Positions 8,987 through 18,766 of a stretch of DNA of 64,000 nucleotides are shown here, piece after piece. The stretch comes from an uncultured virus (IMG/VR IMGVR_UViG_3300023174_008090). Its lineage: Duplodnaviria > Heunggongvirae > Uroviricota > Caudoviricetes. Each line of letters begins with the position of its first letter. Position 1 is the stretch's first letter. The notes under the pieces are model-generated. The model was not told the DNA's origin and searched no databases. It saw only the letters and a program-made list of their open reading frames with translations. The DNA lies in the IMG/VR virus record IMGVR_UViG_3300023174_008090; one strand, written 5' to 3'. The translations under genes were made by a program, and so were the position numbers.

Positions 8987-10297
8987 ATGACCAAAGAAGA
9001 ATTACTTGAGCTAGTTGAAGACTTTGTAAAACAAGAACCAAAGAAAAAATGGAGACCTGGCAAAGACCATGTTCATTATGCTGGTCCTTATTTTGACCAT
9101 ACTGAAATTGTTAGATCAGTGTCTACATTATTAGATGGTTGGTTGGTATTAGGTGCTGAAGCTTATAAGGCTGAGAAAAAATTAGCTTCATTGTTTGGCA
9201 AAAATCATGCTTTATTGACTAATTCAGGAAGTAGCTCTAATCTTCTTATGATGTCTGCTTTAAAGTCAAAAAGATATCTAAACTTGCCTGAAGGAACAAA
9301 AGTATTGACACCGATTGCTGGTTTTCCTACAACTATCAATCCAATATTTCAATGTGGATTCAAGCCTGTTTTTGTTGATATTTCATTAGATGGTTTAAAC
9401 CTTAATCTTGATGATGTTGAAGCAACCTTGCAAGCAGACCCAGAAATAAAAATTATAACATTTGCTCACGTATTAGGAAATCCTCCTGATATGTATAGAC
9501 TGTTAGATATTATTGATCATTATGGATTGATATTGCTGGAGGATTGTTGTGATGCTTTGGGGTCATTATTCGATGGTAATCCTTTGGGTAGTTTCGGCAC
9601 TATGGCTTCTTGCTCTTTCTATCCTGCTCATCACATTACTTGTGGAGAAGGCGGATTAGTTGTTTGTAATGATGATAATTTAGAAAGAGTAATTCGTTCA
9701 ATTCGAGATTGGGGTCGTGGTTGTTTTTGTATTGGCAAGCAAAATATTACTGAATGTGGAGCTTGTAATCAAAGATTTTCTGAATGGCTACCAAGTATGC
9801 CAGGAGAAGTTTTTGATCATAAATATGTTTATGAAGAAATTGGCTATAACTTAAAACCAATAGAAGTTCAGGCATCTATGTTATTGGCACAAATTGATAA
9901 ACTTAATGAAATCAAAAAATTACGACAAAGAAATCACAAATTGCTCACTGAAGTATTTGCCAAGTACGAAGAATATTTTGTTCTTCCAGTAGCTCAAAAA
10001 AATTCAGATGTGAACTGGTTTGCTTTTCCAATTACTGTCAAAGATAATGCGCCTTTCAAAAGAAGTGATATTTGTCAATATTTTGAATCTCACAAAATTC
10101 AAACAAGGCCTTATTTTGCTGGAAATATCTTGATGCAACCAGCTTATAGTCATTTAGTAGGCGATATGGATTTAAGTGATTTTCCAATAGCAAAAAAGGT
10201 CACTACTGATACATTCTTCTTGGGTACTTCTCCAGTTATTACAGAAGAACAAATTGTATACATTGGCGAAGTTTTAGATAGCTTTTTCGATAAATAA
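8987..10297 (+). CDS. rfbH: NDP-4-keto-6-deoxyglucose 3-dehydrase (RfbH/DdhC, E1 type; PMP + Fe-S)
   Basis: NSGSSSNLL, EDCCDALG, SFYPAHHITCGEGG (His at the usual Lys position), WGRGCFC..C..C cluster, DHKYVYEEIGYNLKP. Confidence 0.9.
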   Translation: MTKEELLELVEDFVKQEPKKKWRPGKDHVHYAGPYFDHTEIVRSVSTLLDGWLVLGAEAYKAEKKLASLFGKNHALLTNSGSSSNLLMMSALKSKRYLNLPEGTKVLTPIAGFPTTINPIFQCGFKPVFVDISLDGLNLNLDDVEATLQADPEIKIITFAHVLGNPPDMYRLLDIIDHYGLILLEDCCDALGSLFDGNPLGSFGTMASCSFYPAHHITCGEGGLVVCNDDNLERVIRSIRDWGRGCFCIGKQNITECGACNQRFSEWLPSMPGEVFDHKYVYEEIGYNLKPIEVQASMLLAQIDKLNEIKKLRQRNHKLLTEVFAKYEEYFVLPVAQKNSDVNWFAFPITVKDNAPFKRSDICQYFESHKIQTRPYFAGNILMQPAYSHLVGDMDLSDFPIAKKVTTDTFFLGTSPVITEEQIVYIGEVLDSFFDK

Positions 10298-10323
10298 AAA
10301 AGGAGGCAAATGCCTCCTTTTTT
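10296..10323. terminator. Bidirectional terminator between convergent genes
   Basis: AAAAAAGGAGGCA-aa-TGCCTCCTTTTTT. Confidence 0.8.
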
Positions 10324-10324
10324 A

Positions 10325-10633
10325 TTAGAATGGAACTTTGCCCCTCAAGATATCAAAAAGCATAATCCAGTCACTAATTTTTGCTTTTACTGGGTCTTTA
10401 AACGCAGCTGGTTTATTCTTTTCAAAAAAGTAATGTCCTGACCAAGCAAATGGATATACAATAAATGGTGTAAGTAATAAGAACCAATATAATTCAAACT
10501 TAATACATCCTACAACCCACAAGATTGTCATAAATTGACCCAAAACGTGCAATCTTCTACAAACTTTATTTTGATGCAAGGTCAAATACATTGCATAGTA
10601 TTCTTTCATATTCATTTTTTTATTCCTTATCAA
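10325..10633 (-). CDS. DUF962/Mpo1-like small membrane protein
   Basis: YL..HQN..CRRLHVLG, hydrophobic segment, W.GHYFFEKNKPAAF..P. Confidence 0.8.
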   Translation of the reverse strand: MIRNKKMNMKEYYAMYLTLHQNKVCRRLHVLGQFMTILWVVGCIKFELYWFLLLTPFIVYPFAWSGHYFFEKNKPAAFKDPVKAKISDWIMLFDILRGKVPF

Positions 10634-11615
10634 AAGTGTATGAGATTATATTGTCCCACCACTTTTTTGTATTATAATTTTCCATATAAAAATTATGCAT
10701 ATTTGATGCAATTTGTTTTCTTAGGTCATCATTTTCTAAATAAAACTTTATTACCTTAACAAAGTTTTTTGTGTTCATTGAAGCAAAATGTTCACCATCA
10801 ATAAACCATTTTCCAGTGTGATAGGTGTAAACATCTGGAATTGTTGCAATCATCATATTTTTACAAGCTGCAATATCCCAAACTCTACTTTTTCTATTTC
10901 CAAGCCAAACATTTCCATTAAAATTCAATTCTATTTTTGATTTTCTATGCATTTCAGCCCATTCTGCTTGTGTAGAAAATTTGTCATTGTCACTTCTTCC
11001 ACCAAGCCAGCTTACTTTTATATCAGAATTGTCAAGTTGCTCTTTGAACCATCTTCTTTCAGGAATGTCAGTAGACCCAATGAAAGATACATCATAAATT
11101 TTTTCTTCTTCTGGAATTGGATATAAAAGATTGTAATCAACTGGCTCAAAAATACAATAGACATTTGGAAACATTTCTCCATATCCAGTATCAATTACAA
11201 GAATATTACAATACTTTGAATATTCCATTAATGGAATTTCCCACTTCATAACTCCATAATCTTGTTTGTATTTAAGAAACAATCGTAAGTTTAAATATCT
11301 AATTTTTGTCACACAGTTTGGAGTGTCCCAAATGAGCATGGACAATCTCTTTTTTAATATTTTAACTGCTTTCATTGTAGGGGTGATATCTCTAATTGTA
11401 GATAATAAAATCACATCAGCATCTGAACTTAGAAGAACTTTTTCTAATTGTTCTTTTGACCAAATATCATGAATTGAAATGTATTCCACTTCATACGTTA
11501 TGTCTGTATTGATAGAAGCATAATAACGTAGTGAAGCAACTAAATTTTCAGTATGATCAGGTTTTCCTATAAAATCTCCATTAAGCCATCTTGGTACAAT
11601 AAACAAAATCTTCAT
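10620..11615 (-). CDS. Glycosyltransferase, GT-B (CgeB/Glyco_trans_1_2-like)
   Basis: YDVSFIGS..RR, SKIELN, RVWDIAAC, FIDGEH, YLENDDLRKQIA. Start at ATG 11615 overlaps the upstream stop (TAATG). Confidence 0.75.
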   Translation of the reverse strand: MKILFIVPRWLNGDFIGKPDHTENLVASLRYYASINTDITYEVEYISIHDIWSKEQLEKVLLSSDADVILLSTIRDITPTMKAVKILKKRLSMLIWDTPNCVTKIRYLNLRLFLKYKQDYGVMKWEIPLMEYSKYCNILVIDTGYGEMFPNVYCIFEPVDYNLLYPIPEEEKIYDVSFIGSTDIPERRWFKEQLDNSDIKVSWLGGRSDNDKFSTQAEWAEMHRKSKIELNFNGNVWLGNRKSRVWDIAACKNMMIATIPDVYTYHTGKWFIDGEHFASMNTKNFVKVIKFYLENDDLRKQIASNMHNFYMENYNTKKWWDNIISYTFDKE

Positions 11616-12385
11616 TAGATTGTGCAAACTCCCTTTTTTTGAACAACTTTTGTAGCGCAATCTTGGGCAAACTTAACAGCTTGAACAACATCCTTAGTTC
11701 GCATCAATTCGCAAACCAAACCTGATATAAAAGTGTCTCCAGCCCCAGAAACATCTTTGATATTAACTTTTTCTACTGGATATATAATGCCTTTATATTC
11801 GCAACCTTCATCAGATCTAGTAATTATTAATTTATCTAAAATATCAAGCTGATCAATAGTATGTTTTGTTCTATCAAATTCAGTGTGATTGATCTTAATA
11901 TAATCACAACTAGTACACCAATCTCCTAATATTTTTTTGGTATCTAAAAATACATTTGAATTTCTAATCGATATTCTTCCAATATCTGATTCAGTTAAGA
12001 AACCTTTGCAATAATCACTTACTATAATCGCATCATAATAAACGCCATTGTAAGTATTATCAACAATGCTTACCAAGATAAAAGGATTTATTCTACTAAC
12101 TTTTTTTTCATCATCTACTCTTAAGAGTAAACTATTAGTTCTTTCATCAACATATCTTGTTTTGACGATTTCTTCTGTTTGTGTAATTAAGGTAGTTTCA
12201 GCTCCAATGGCTTCAATATTTGCTTTTACATTTAAAGCCATACCACCATTAGATTTTGAATATTCTGGATTGAAAACAGGTACAGGACCTTCTGGAGCTA
12301 ATCTAACAACATGTCCATAAATGAATTTGTCTTCACAGGAATCACCAATAATTAGAATTTTTATATCTTTATATAAGTCTTTCAT
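11615..12385 (-). CDS. PfkB-family sugar kinase, RfaE/HldE heptose-7-phosphate kinase-like
   Basis: IGDSCEDKFIYG..RLAPEGPVPV, GG.ALNV, SDYCKG, DVSGAGDTF. Confidence 0.8.
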   Translation of the reverse strand: MKDLYKDIKILIIGDSCEDKFIYGHVVRLAPEGPVPVFNPEYSKSNGGMALNVKANIEAIGAETTLITQTEEIVKTRYVDERTNSLLLRVDDEKKVSRINPFILVSIVDNTYNGVYYDAIIVSDYCKGFLTESDIGRISIRNSNVFLDTKKILGDWCTSCDYIKINHTEFDRTKHTIDQLDILDKLIITRSDEGCEYKGIIYPVEKVNIKDVSGAGDTFISGLVCELMRTKDVVQAVKFAQDCATKVVQKKGVCTI

Positions 12386-12388
12386 AGC

Positions 12389-13552
12389 TTATCCATTTAA
12401 AGTTTGTAATAGAAAATCTATTTTTTCCCTTTCAAGCCCTGGGTAATTTCCAATATACCAAGAGAAATTATGAATATGCTCAATATTTTCAAAATCTGAA
12501 AAATCTGTGTAAATAGATTTGAAAAAAGGTTGTCTCATTTGATTTCCACCACCAGACAATCCTCTTCTGAATTCTATACCATTATTTCGTAACTTTCTTT
12601 CAAGCTCATTTCTTTTTGTAAAATCAGCTTCTTTTAAAATAACAATAAAAGCATAGTTACAATTTCCTTCGGTGTTGATTGCTGTATGGTATTTTTCATA
12701 ATCAAGATTTGAAATAAAATAATCAAAATTATCTTTTCTTTCTTCATTCTTTGCATCTAGCTTTGGCAACTGTGACAAGCCGATTACAGCATTGATTTCA
12801 GTGCTTCTAAAATTGTGAGCTGGTCGTAAGAAAATAAAATCTGGGTTTAAATCAGGATTGTCCATAGCAATAGAAATTTTCATAGTGTCACTAGTCATTT
12901 CTCTAGTCATTCCATGTGATCTCAATGCTCGACAAATTTGATAAAATTCCCAATTATTTGTACTGATCATTCCGCCTTCAATAGTAGACATATGATGAGC
13001 AAAATAGAAACTAAAATTACTAGCAAAACCAAAATTTCCAACTTTAGAACCTTGGAAAGTTGTACCATGTGATTCGCAAACATCTTCTATCAATAGAATG
13101 TTGTTTTCTTCACAAATAGTCAAAAGTTCATCTGTAATTCCATTAATACCTAAAACATGTGTTAGAAAAATTGCTTTAGTTTGAGGTGTAATTGCTTTTT
13201 TAAGTTTGTTAATGTCAAATGATAAGTTTTCTAAATTTACATCAACAAATACTAATTTATGACCAGCAAATAAAACAGATGATATATCAGAAATCCATGT
13301 TAAAGGTGGAACAATAATTTCACCTTCTCCAATTAAGTGAGCTATAGCCAGCATTGTCAACTCATTTGCAGAAGCTCCTGAATTTACAAATAAGTTGTAT
13401 TTTGATCCTAACCAATTTCCCCAAGCATTTTCGAATGCTACAACCTTAGGGCCATTTGTTAATTTAGGAATATTATCTTGTGATAAGAAATCAACAACAC
13501 TTTTGATATCTTCTTTGTCTATATTGTCATTCATTAATGGGAGATAAAACAT
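12389..13552 (-). CDS. DegT/DnrJ-fold PLP enzyme, ColD-like NDP-4-keto-6-deoxyhexose 3-dehydratase
   Basis: NSGASAN, EDVCESHG, SFYFAHHMSTIEGG (His, not Lys), LRSHG; lacks the Cys cluster of RfbH. Confidence 0.75.
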   Translation of the reverse strand: MFYLPLMNDNIDKEDIKSVVDFLSQDNIPKLTNGPKVVAFENAWGNWLGSKYNLFVNSGASANELTMLAIAHLIGEGEIIVPPLTWISDISSVLFAGHKLVFVDVNLENLSFDINKLKKAITPQTKAIFLTHVLGINGITDELLTICEENNILLIEDVCESHGTTFQGSKVGNFGFASNFSFYFAHHMSTIEGGMISTNNWEFYQICRALRSHGMTREMTSDTMKISIAMDNPDLNPDFIFLRPAHNFRSTEINAVIGLSQLPKLDAKNEERKDNFDYFISNLDYEKYHTAINTEGNCNYAFIVILKEADFTKRNELERKLRNNGIEFRRGLSGGGNQMRQPFFKSIYTDFSDFENIEHIHNFSWYIGNYPGLEREKIDFLLQTLNG

Positions 13553-13564
13553 ATTTCACCTTTT

Positions 13565-14491
13565 CTAAATTATACCATCGCTTTGATTTTTAATATTTAT
13601 TAAGTAATCAGCAATCTTTTGTGCTGTTGGTGGTAATACATCTACATTGTTGTAAAAGCCAGCTGTTTTATCATCTAAACCCAAGCATCTAACAACTTTG
13701 TTTGATGAAATAGACAATTGATTTGCTATAAAAGATTGACATCCACTAGCATAATCATCATCTAAAACTAACCCACCATATTTAGAATTACTTAAACTGT
13801 TGATTGCAATATCAGAAACTTTTAGAGGTTTCATCCACATCAAATTAGAGACATTTATTTTGATTTCATGATCCTTCAATATTTCAATCAATCTTTGCAT
13901 TTCAAACCTTGTTATTGAAATTGGAAATATAGTGAAGTCTGGATTTTCATTTTCAAAAACATCATTCAAATCAGAGGTATTATCATAGCTTTTTCTATGT
14001 TCTGATATGTAATACGGTTCATCATCAGCCATAAATTCGTCATAGCATTCTTGGTATTCAGAAGATGACATAGGGCAAGCCACTTTAATTCCTGGCATTC
14101 TATAAACTAATGAATGATGGGAAGAACCAGCAACAGGTCCAATTCCACCTTCCATAGCGATTGATCTAACAAAAACTGGGCAAGGTCTTTTCCAAAGTGA
14201 TTTAGACTTTGCAGCATAATTTACAATTGAAACACAGTTGTACCATTGAAAACCTTGATACCTAACAACGTAAATAGGCCTATCTCCAGCCAAAGCTGTA
14301 CCTACTACAATTGCTCCACCTGCAACATCTGCCATGGAAAGCTCAACCATACCATCTTCTTCATAAAGTTCTGGCAAAGTTCCACCAACCCAACCTACTG
14401 CAGTAAGGCATTGACCATATGCTTTGCCTTTTTTGCCAACTAAGTGTTCTTTTACAATTGACTTTATAGTGTCTCTAAGCGTGATTGCCAT
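13565..14491 (-). CDS. ThDP-dependent E1-beta/transketolase C-terminal-like subunit
   Basis: ELSMADVAGGAIVVGTALAG.RPI, GSSHHS, PGIKVACP, EHR; overlaps the E1-alpha-like gene. Confidence 0.7.
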   Translation of the reverse strand: MAITLRDTIKSIVKEHLVGKKGKAYGQCLTAVGWVGGTLPELYEEDGMVELSMADVAGGAIVVGTALAGDRPIYVVRYQGFQWYNCVSIVNYAAKSKSLWKRPCPVFVRSIAMEGGIGPVAGSSHHSLVYRMPGIKVACPMSSSEYQECYDEFMADDEPYYISEHRKSYDNTSDLNDVFENENPDFTIFPISITRFEMQRLIEILKDHEIKINVSNLMWMKPLKVSDIAINSLSNSKYGGLVLDDDYASGCQSFIANQLSISSNKVVRCLGLDDKTAGFYNNVDVLPPTAQKIADYLINIKNQSDGII

Positions 14492-15294
14492 AATGCCTCA
14501 ACTTTATTTTTGTTTTCTTCGTCAACAATAGATGTATTAAATTGTGATGTTTCTTTCATCCATTCATATCTGTCGAAATAATCACCATCTATACCAGCTC
14601 CAGAATGCCAGTATTTTCTAATAGTTCTTACATTCAATAGTAAAGGAGCATTGAAAACATTCTTAAGATGCTCAGATATTTCTGCAGGACTATCTCCTAT
14701 ATCGTAAGCCTCTACTTTGTATGCATGCGCAAGTTCATGCATGTTCCAATTCCGTCTAACCTTTTTTTCTGTCAAAATTGATAAATTATTATCTTCAACA
14801 ATAAACAGAATAGGAAGGTTTTTAGTTGATGCCCATCCTATAGCTGCACCAACATAATCTTCCTCAGCAGAAGCATCTCCCATAAAAACGATAGTTGGTT
14901 GTTTTGTTTGATAGCAATGTCCAACAGCAATAGGTACTTGAGATCCCATCAATCCATCGTGACCAAAAATATTTTTTTCAAGAGATTGTATAGATGCAGA
15001 TCCACCCATGCCAAATGCACAACCAGAATCTAAACCAAGCAATTCATCAATAAGTTTTTCTGGCGATGCTTCAAAAGCCAAATAAGTTGAATGCCCTCTA
15101 TGCTGAATAAAAATATTTGGTTCAATGTTTCTGTCTTTTAAATACACTGAAATTGAACATGGAGTACTCTCTTGACCAGCTGACAAATACACTGGAATCT
15201 TAATAGTTTTATCTTGCACTTTTTTATAAACATATTGTTCAAAATGTCTACAAAAAGAAATTTTTTCAAAAACTTTTTCTAAGTAATTATTCAT
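14464..15294 (-). CDS. ThDP-dependent E1-alpha-like subunit
   Basis: YLSAGQE, HRGH, GMGGS, GDASAEE..EDNN ThDP-binding motif, R..WH. Confidence 0.8.
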   Translation of the reverse strand: MNNYLEKVFEKISFCRHFEQYVYKKVQDKTIKIPVYLSAGQESTPCSISVYLKDRNIEPNIFIQHRGHSTYLAFEASPEKLIDELLGLDSGCAFGMGGSASIQSLEKNIFGHDGLMGSQVPIAVGHCYQTKQPTIVFMGDASAEEDYVGAAIGWASTKNLPILFIVEDNNLSILTEKKVRRNWNMHELAHAYKVEAYDIGDSPAEISEHLKNVFNAPLLLNVRTIRKYWHSGAGIDGDYFDRYEWMKETSQFNTSIVDEENKNKVEALWQSRLETL

Positions 15295-15295
15295 A

Positions 15296-15976
15296 TTAAT
15301 CTAAATTTTCAAATAAAATTACAAAAGTGTTTTCTTTTACTTTATTGAATACAGTCTCAATTTTTTGTAATATTTCAATTTTGACTATATCTCCAGGGCA
15401 AACTATTAGCACTTCATAATCAGTGACTATACCACCAGTCAAAATCATGACATTTTTTTGCGAGTCTAAACAAGTTAATTCAGTAATGTTTTTGACATTC
15501 AAGATTGTTAGTTTACAATCAGAAAAAGATATTTGTTGATTTTTATAAATAGAAAGATTTTCTAACCAAAGACAATCATCTTGTTTTGGGTTTTCATAAG
15601 TAGAATCTTCATAAGGCAAACCTTCTCTGCCATATGAATCTTCTAGTCTAACTAAATCTAATTTGTCATTTGGTGTTTCAATTTCAAAAAGTTTTGTTCC
15701 ATGCTCTGAAATAGAAGTTGTTGAATGAAACATCCCTTTTCTAATCATAATTTTGTCTAACTTGTCTAAGACATTTTCATTGTTGAAAAAATCTACTTGA
15801 GCTTTTCCATCCAAAATTATAAGGCCAGTAGTTTTCTTTGGATGAGAATGCAAAGATGTTTTCTGATTTGGTGCGATATATAAAAACCAAAGAGCTACAT
15901 TAGCATCTTGATATACAAGATACTCGTAGCCCCAAGGTTTCTTAACTATATTATTGTTGTGAGATTCTATTTGCAT
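15296..15976 (-). CDS. Cupin-domain protein (sugar isomerase-like)
   Basis: VKKPWGYEY, SLHSHPKK, GMFH, FEIETP..DLVRLED.YGR. Confidence 0.7.
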   Translation of the reverse strand: MQIESHNNNIVKKPWGYEYLVYQDANVALWFLYIAPNQKTSLHSHPKKTTGLIILDGKAQVDFFNNENVLDKLDKIMIRKGMFHSTTSISEHGTKLFEIETPNDKLDLVRLEDSYGREGLPYEDSTYENPKQDDCLWLENLSIYKNQQISFSDCKLTILNVKNITELTCLDSQKNVMILTGGIVTDYEVLIVCPGDIVKIEILQKIETVFNKVKENTFVILFENLD

Positions 15977-16499
15977 GAACTTCGAATGCTGTATTCAACC
16001 ACAGTCCCATGAAATCATAATGTGGGCAGGAAATGATATTTTCATCTACTACTACAGGACTTCTATCGTATGTAGCTCCAGCATTTTCAATATCAACATC
16101 AATTGAATAATATCCTGACATAACTCTGCCATTCAAAATCTTAGCTGAAATTAATAATTGAGCACCATTGCAGATACAAAAGATAGTCTTTCTAGCTTCA
16201 TTCCACTGTCTTATGAATTCTAAAACACCCTTTTCTTGTCGTACTTTTTCAAGCGCCTTAACACCACCAGGAACAACAAGAATTTCGTATTCATTCAAGG
16301 CTTTTTCAATATTTTCTAAATTTTCAAATTCAGATGTTTCTCGAGTACAAGGCATATGAGTACCTAAACTACCCCAAATTTTTCCTACCTTGTTTGCCAT
16401 AATATCAACTTCAAATCCATGTTCTTTCAAAGAGTAATATGGATAAATCAATTCATGGTCTTGATACTTTTCCCAAGTAATAACGAGTGCTTTTTTCAT
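15951..16499 (-). CDS. DJ-1/PfpI family protein
   Basis: YQDHEL.YP, VVPGG, ICNGAQLL nucleophile elbow, VVVDENIIS. Confidence 0.85.
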   Translation of the reverse strand: MKKALVITWEKYQDHELIYPYYSLKEHGFEVDIMANKVGKIWGSLGTHMPCTRETSEFENLENIEKALNEYEILVVPGGVKALEKVRQEKGVLEFIRQWNEARKTIFCICNGAQLLISAKILNGRVMSGYYSIDVDIENAGATYDRSPVVVDENIISCPHYDFMGLWLNTAFEVHANRISQQ

Positions 16500-16501
16500 A
16501 A

Positions 16502-17242
16502 TTATTTGCCCTTTCCCGGTGAATCATATCTATCAAGCAATTCTCTTTTTGCAGTCCAACCTGGCCAGAATGGTTCATTGTCCTTGATGTAAACAAAATA
16601 CATTGTTCTTCTCCATCTAGTAGGGTGTGGATTTTTCAAAGCTTTATGAACAGTATGAGCATGCAAAGCAAGAACATCTCCACGCTCATAAGTAAGTTGA
16701 ACAATAGGCAAGCCTTCAGGTAACTCACAATCATTTCCAATAGGAGCGGAATTGAACATTCTTCCATTTTCATCGTAAGCAAAATTAGGCTTTGGATTAC
16801 AAGGCAAGTCACCCAATTTATGGCTACCAGGAACTACCATAAGAGCACCATTAGTTTCGTCTGCATCATCTAAACTCAAAGCTAAATTGAGGTATGCATG
16901 CATAGGAGCTCTACTTGCATAATTGTCTTGGTGCCATGTTGAACCGTTTTCTAATGGATTGTTTGGCATACAGAAAAAGAAAATACTTCCTACTGGTACA
17001 GCTCTCTTTCCTAAAAGTTGATCACCAATATCACACAAATTCTTTCCAGTGTGAACTTCTTGAAACAATCCAGATTTATGCATGTTCAAATAGTTTGTAA
17101 AATGACCATTTGCAAAATTGTCTGCTTCTTCAATTAAGGAAAGACATTGATCTTCGTTGAATACTTTCTTTAGATGTAAATATCCATGTTCATAGTAAAA
17201 ATCAATTTGTTCTTGATTTAATTCAATTCCCTGTTGTTCCAT
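16502..17242 (-). CDS. PhyH-like 2OG-Fe(II) dioxygenase
   Basis: FYYEHGYL, WHQDN, LDDADETNGALMVVPGSH, GDV..H..TVH..N..RR. Confidence 0.85.
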   Translation of the reverse strand: MEQQGIELNQEQIDFYYEHGYLHLKKVFNEDQCLSLIEEADNFANGHFTNYLNMHKSGLFQEVHTGKNLCDIGDQLLGKRAVPVGSIFFFCMPNNPLENGSTWHQDNYASRAPMHAYLNLALSLDDADETNGALMVVPGSHKLGDLPCNPKPNFAYDENGRMFNSAPIGNDCELPEGLPIVQLTYERGDVLALHAHTVHKALKNPHPTRWRRTMYFVYIKDNEPFWPGWTAKRELLDRYDSPGKGK

Positions 17243-18185
17243 ATTTTTTGTACCAGTCTATTGTTTTTACAATACCTTCATCTAATGTATGTTTAGGTTG
17301 CCAGCCTAATATTTCTTTGGCTTTTGAGCAATCTAAGCATATAGAAGTTTCGATTGATGGCTTTGATAAGTCATGTCTAACTTTTAAATTAATTATACCT
17401 TTGCTTGCAATTTTTTGAACCAGATCTTTTATACGTATGAATTGGCCAAGCCCTACGTTGAAAATATCATAATAACTAGTTTGTTTTTGTATGGCACAAT
17501 CAATAAAACTCATTAAATCTTCAACATACAAAAGATCTCTCTTTTCTTCACCAGCACCCCAAACTGTTACATAACCATCAGTAGAATTGAACACTTTGGC
17601 TACTGTTGCTCCAAAAACATGTGATTTTTCTAAGTCAAATTTGTCATAAGGCCCATATATATTCGAATGTCTTATTACAGTGTGTTTTGTTTTCTTGAAT
17701 CTTGAATAAAACTCACACATGTTTTCTAAATAAACTTTTGTGTGACCAGCACCAAAATAAGTAGATTTCATTTCATCAGCAGGATTGAAATCATTTTCCT
17801 TAATAAGAATTTCTGAGCTTTGATACATAATTGTGCAGCTAGGAAAAATAAAATGTTTAACTTCTTGCTCAAATGATTCTCTTAGTAGTAAAGAATTCAT
17901 AATAGCATTGTCTGTTACATGAATATAAGGACGAGACAATATATCTTTTGCTCCTGATGTAGTTGCAGCAAATTGCAAGATTATGTCTACACCTTGTACT
18001 GCCTTTTTTACTTCATCAGAGTTTCTTAAGTCACATTTTATCCATTCAACACCAGCGTATTGATCTAAAGCAGGTCTATTGAAATGAGTTGCTCTTATAT
18101 TGTATTCACCTAATTCCCAATAATGCTCAAGAACATTTCTTCCTAAAAAACCAGTTGCTCCACAGATTAAAATAGTTTGTTTCAT
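17223..18185 (-). CDS. Extended SDR, GDP-fucose-synthase-like epimerase/reductase
   Basis: GATGFLG, NIYGPYDKFD..SHV, VWGAGEEKRDLLYVED; canonical YxxxK replaced by AGHTK. Confidence 0.75.
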   Translation of the reverse strand: MKQTILICGATGFLGRNVLEHYWELGEYNIRATHFNRPALDQYAGVEWIKCDLRNSDEVKKAVQGVDIILQFAATTSGAKDILSRPYIHVTDNAIMNSLLLRESFEQEVKHFIFPSCTIMYQSSEILIKENDFNPADEMKSTYFGAGHTKVYLENMCEFYSRFKKTKHTVIRHSNIYGPYDKFDLEKSHVFGATVAKVFNSTDGYVTVWGAGEEKRDLLYVEDLMSFIDCAIQKQTSYYDIFNVGLGQFIRIKDLVQKIASKGIINLKVRHDLSKPSIETSICLDCSKAKEILGWQPKHTLDEGIVKTIDWYKKYGTTGN

Positions 18186-18763
18186 GATATTCGACCATCC
18201 AAAATTAATTCACTTTCCTTTTTCTGGAATGCTTCATAAATACTATCAACAACGTAATTAGCATTCAAAGCATTTTCTCTTTCGGGTGTAGTTTTGATAT
18301 TAGTAGTGTAAACATCCAAAATATTCATGCTTGATGTTTCTAACTTAAGACTATTTGAAAATCCTCGTAAACCCCATTTTGTAGCAGAATATAGAGTTCT
18401 TGGTTTTTTATATTCTAAACCAACCATAGAATTAATATTAATCATGTCAGTTAGATGAGATTGCAAATAATAAGAAAGTAAAATTGGAGCTCTTAAATTT
18501 ACATCAAGCATATTTAAAATTAATTCTTCAGTATATTCGTTAAACAAAATATTAGGGCAAACAATAGCAGCATTGTTTATAAGCACATCAACATTGTAAT
18601 CTATTGCTTCATTTGCTAATTTTTTAATATCATTAATATCAGAAAGGTCATAATGTTTTTTGCCTAAGTGTTGCAATACATCATGACCTTCGCTTTGAAA
18701 TTTATTTACTAAAAAAATACCTAAACCTGAAGAACATCCTGTAATTAGTATTTTCTTTTTCAT
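18182..18763 (-). CDS. Short-chain dehydrogenase/reductase
   Basis: TGCSSGLG, NNAA, YSATK. Confidence 0.8.
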   Translation of the reverse strand: MKKKILITGCSSGLGIFLVNKFQSEGHDVLQHLGKKHYDLSDINDIKKLANEAIDYNVDVLINNAAIVCPNILFNEYTEELILNMLDVNLRAPILLSYYLQSHLTDMININSMVGLEYKKPRTLYSATKWGLRGFSNSLKLETSSMNILDVYTTNIKTTPERENALNANYVVDSIYEAFQKKESELILDGRIS

Positions 18764-18766
18764 AAT

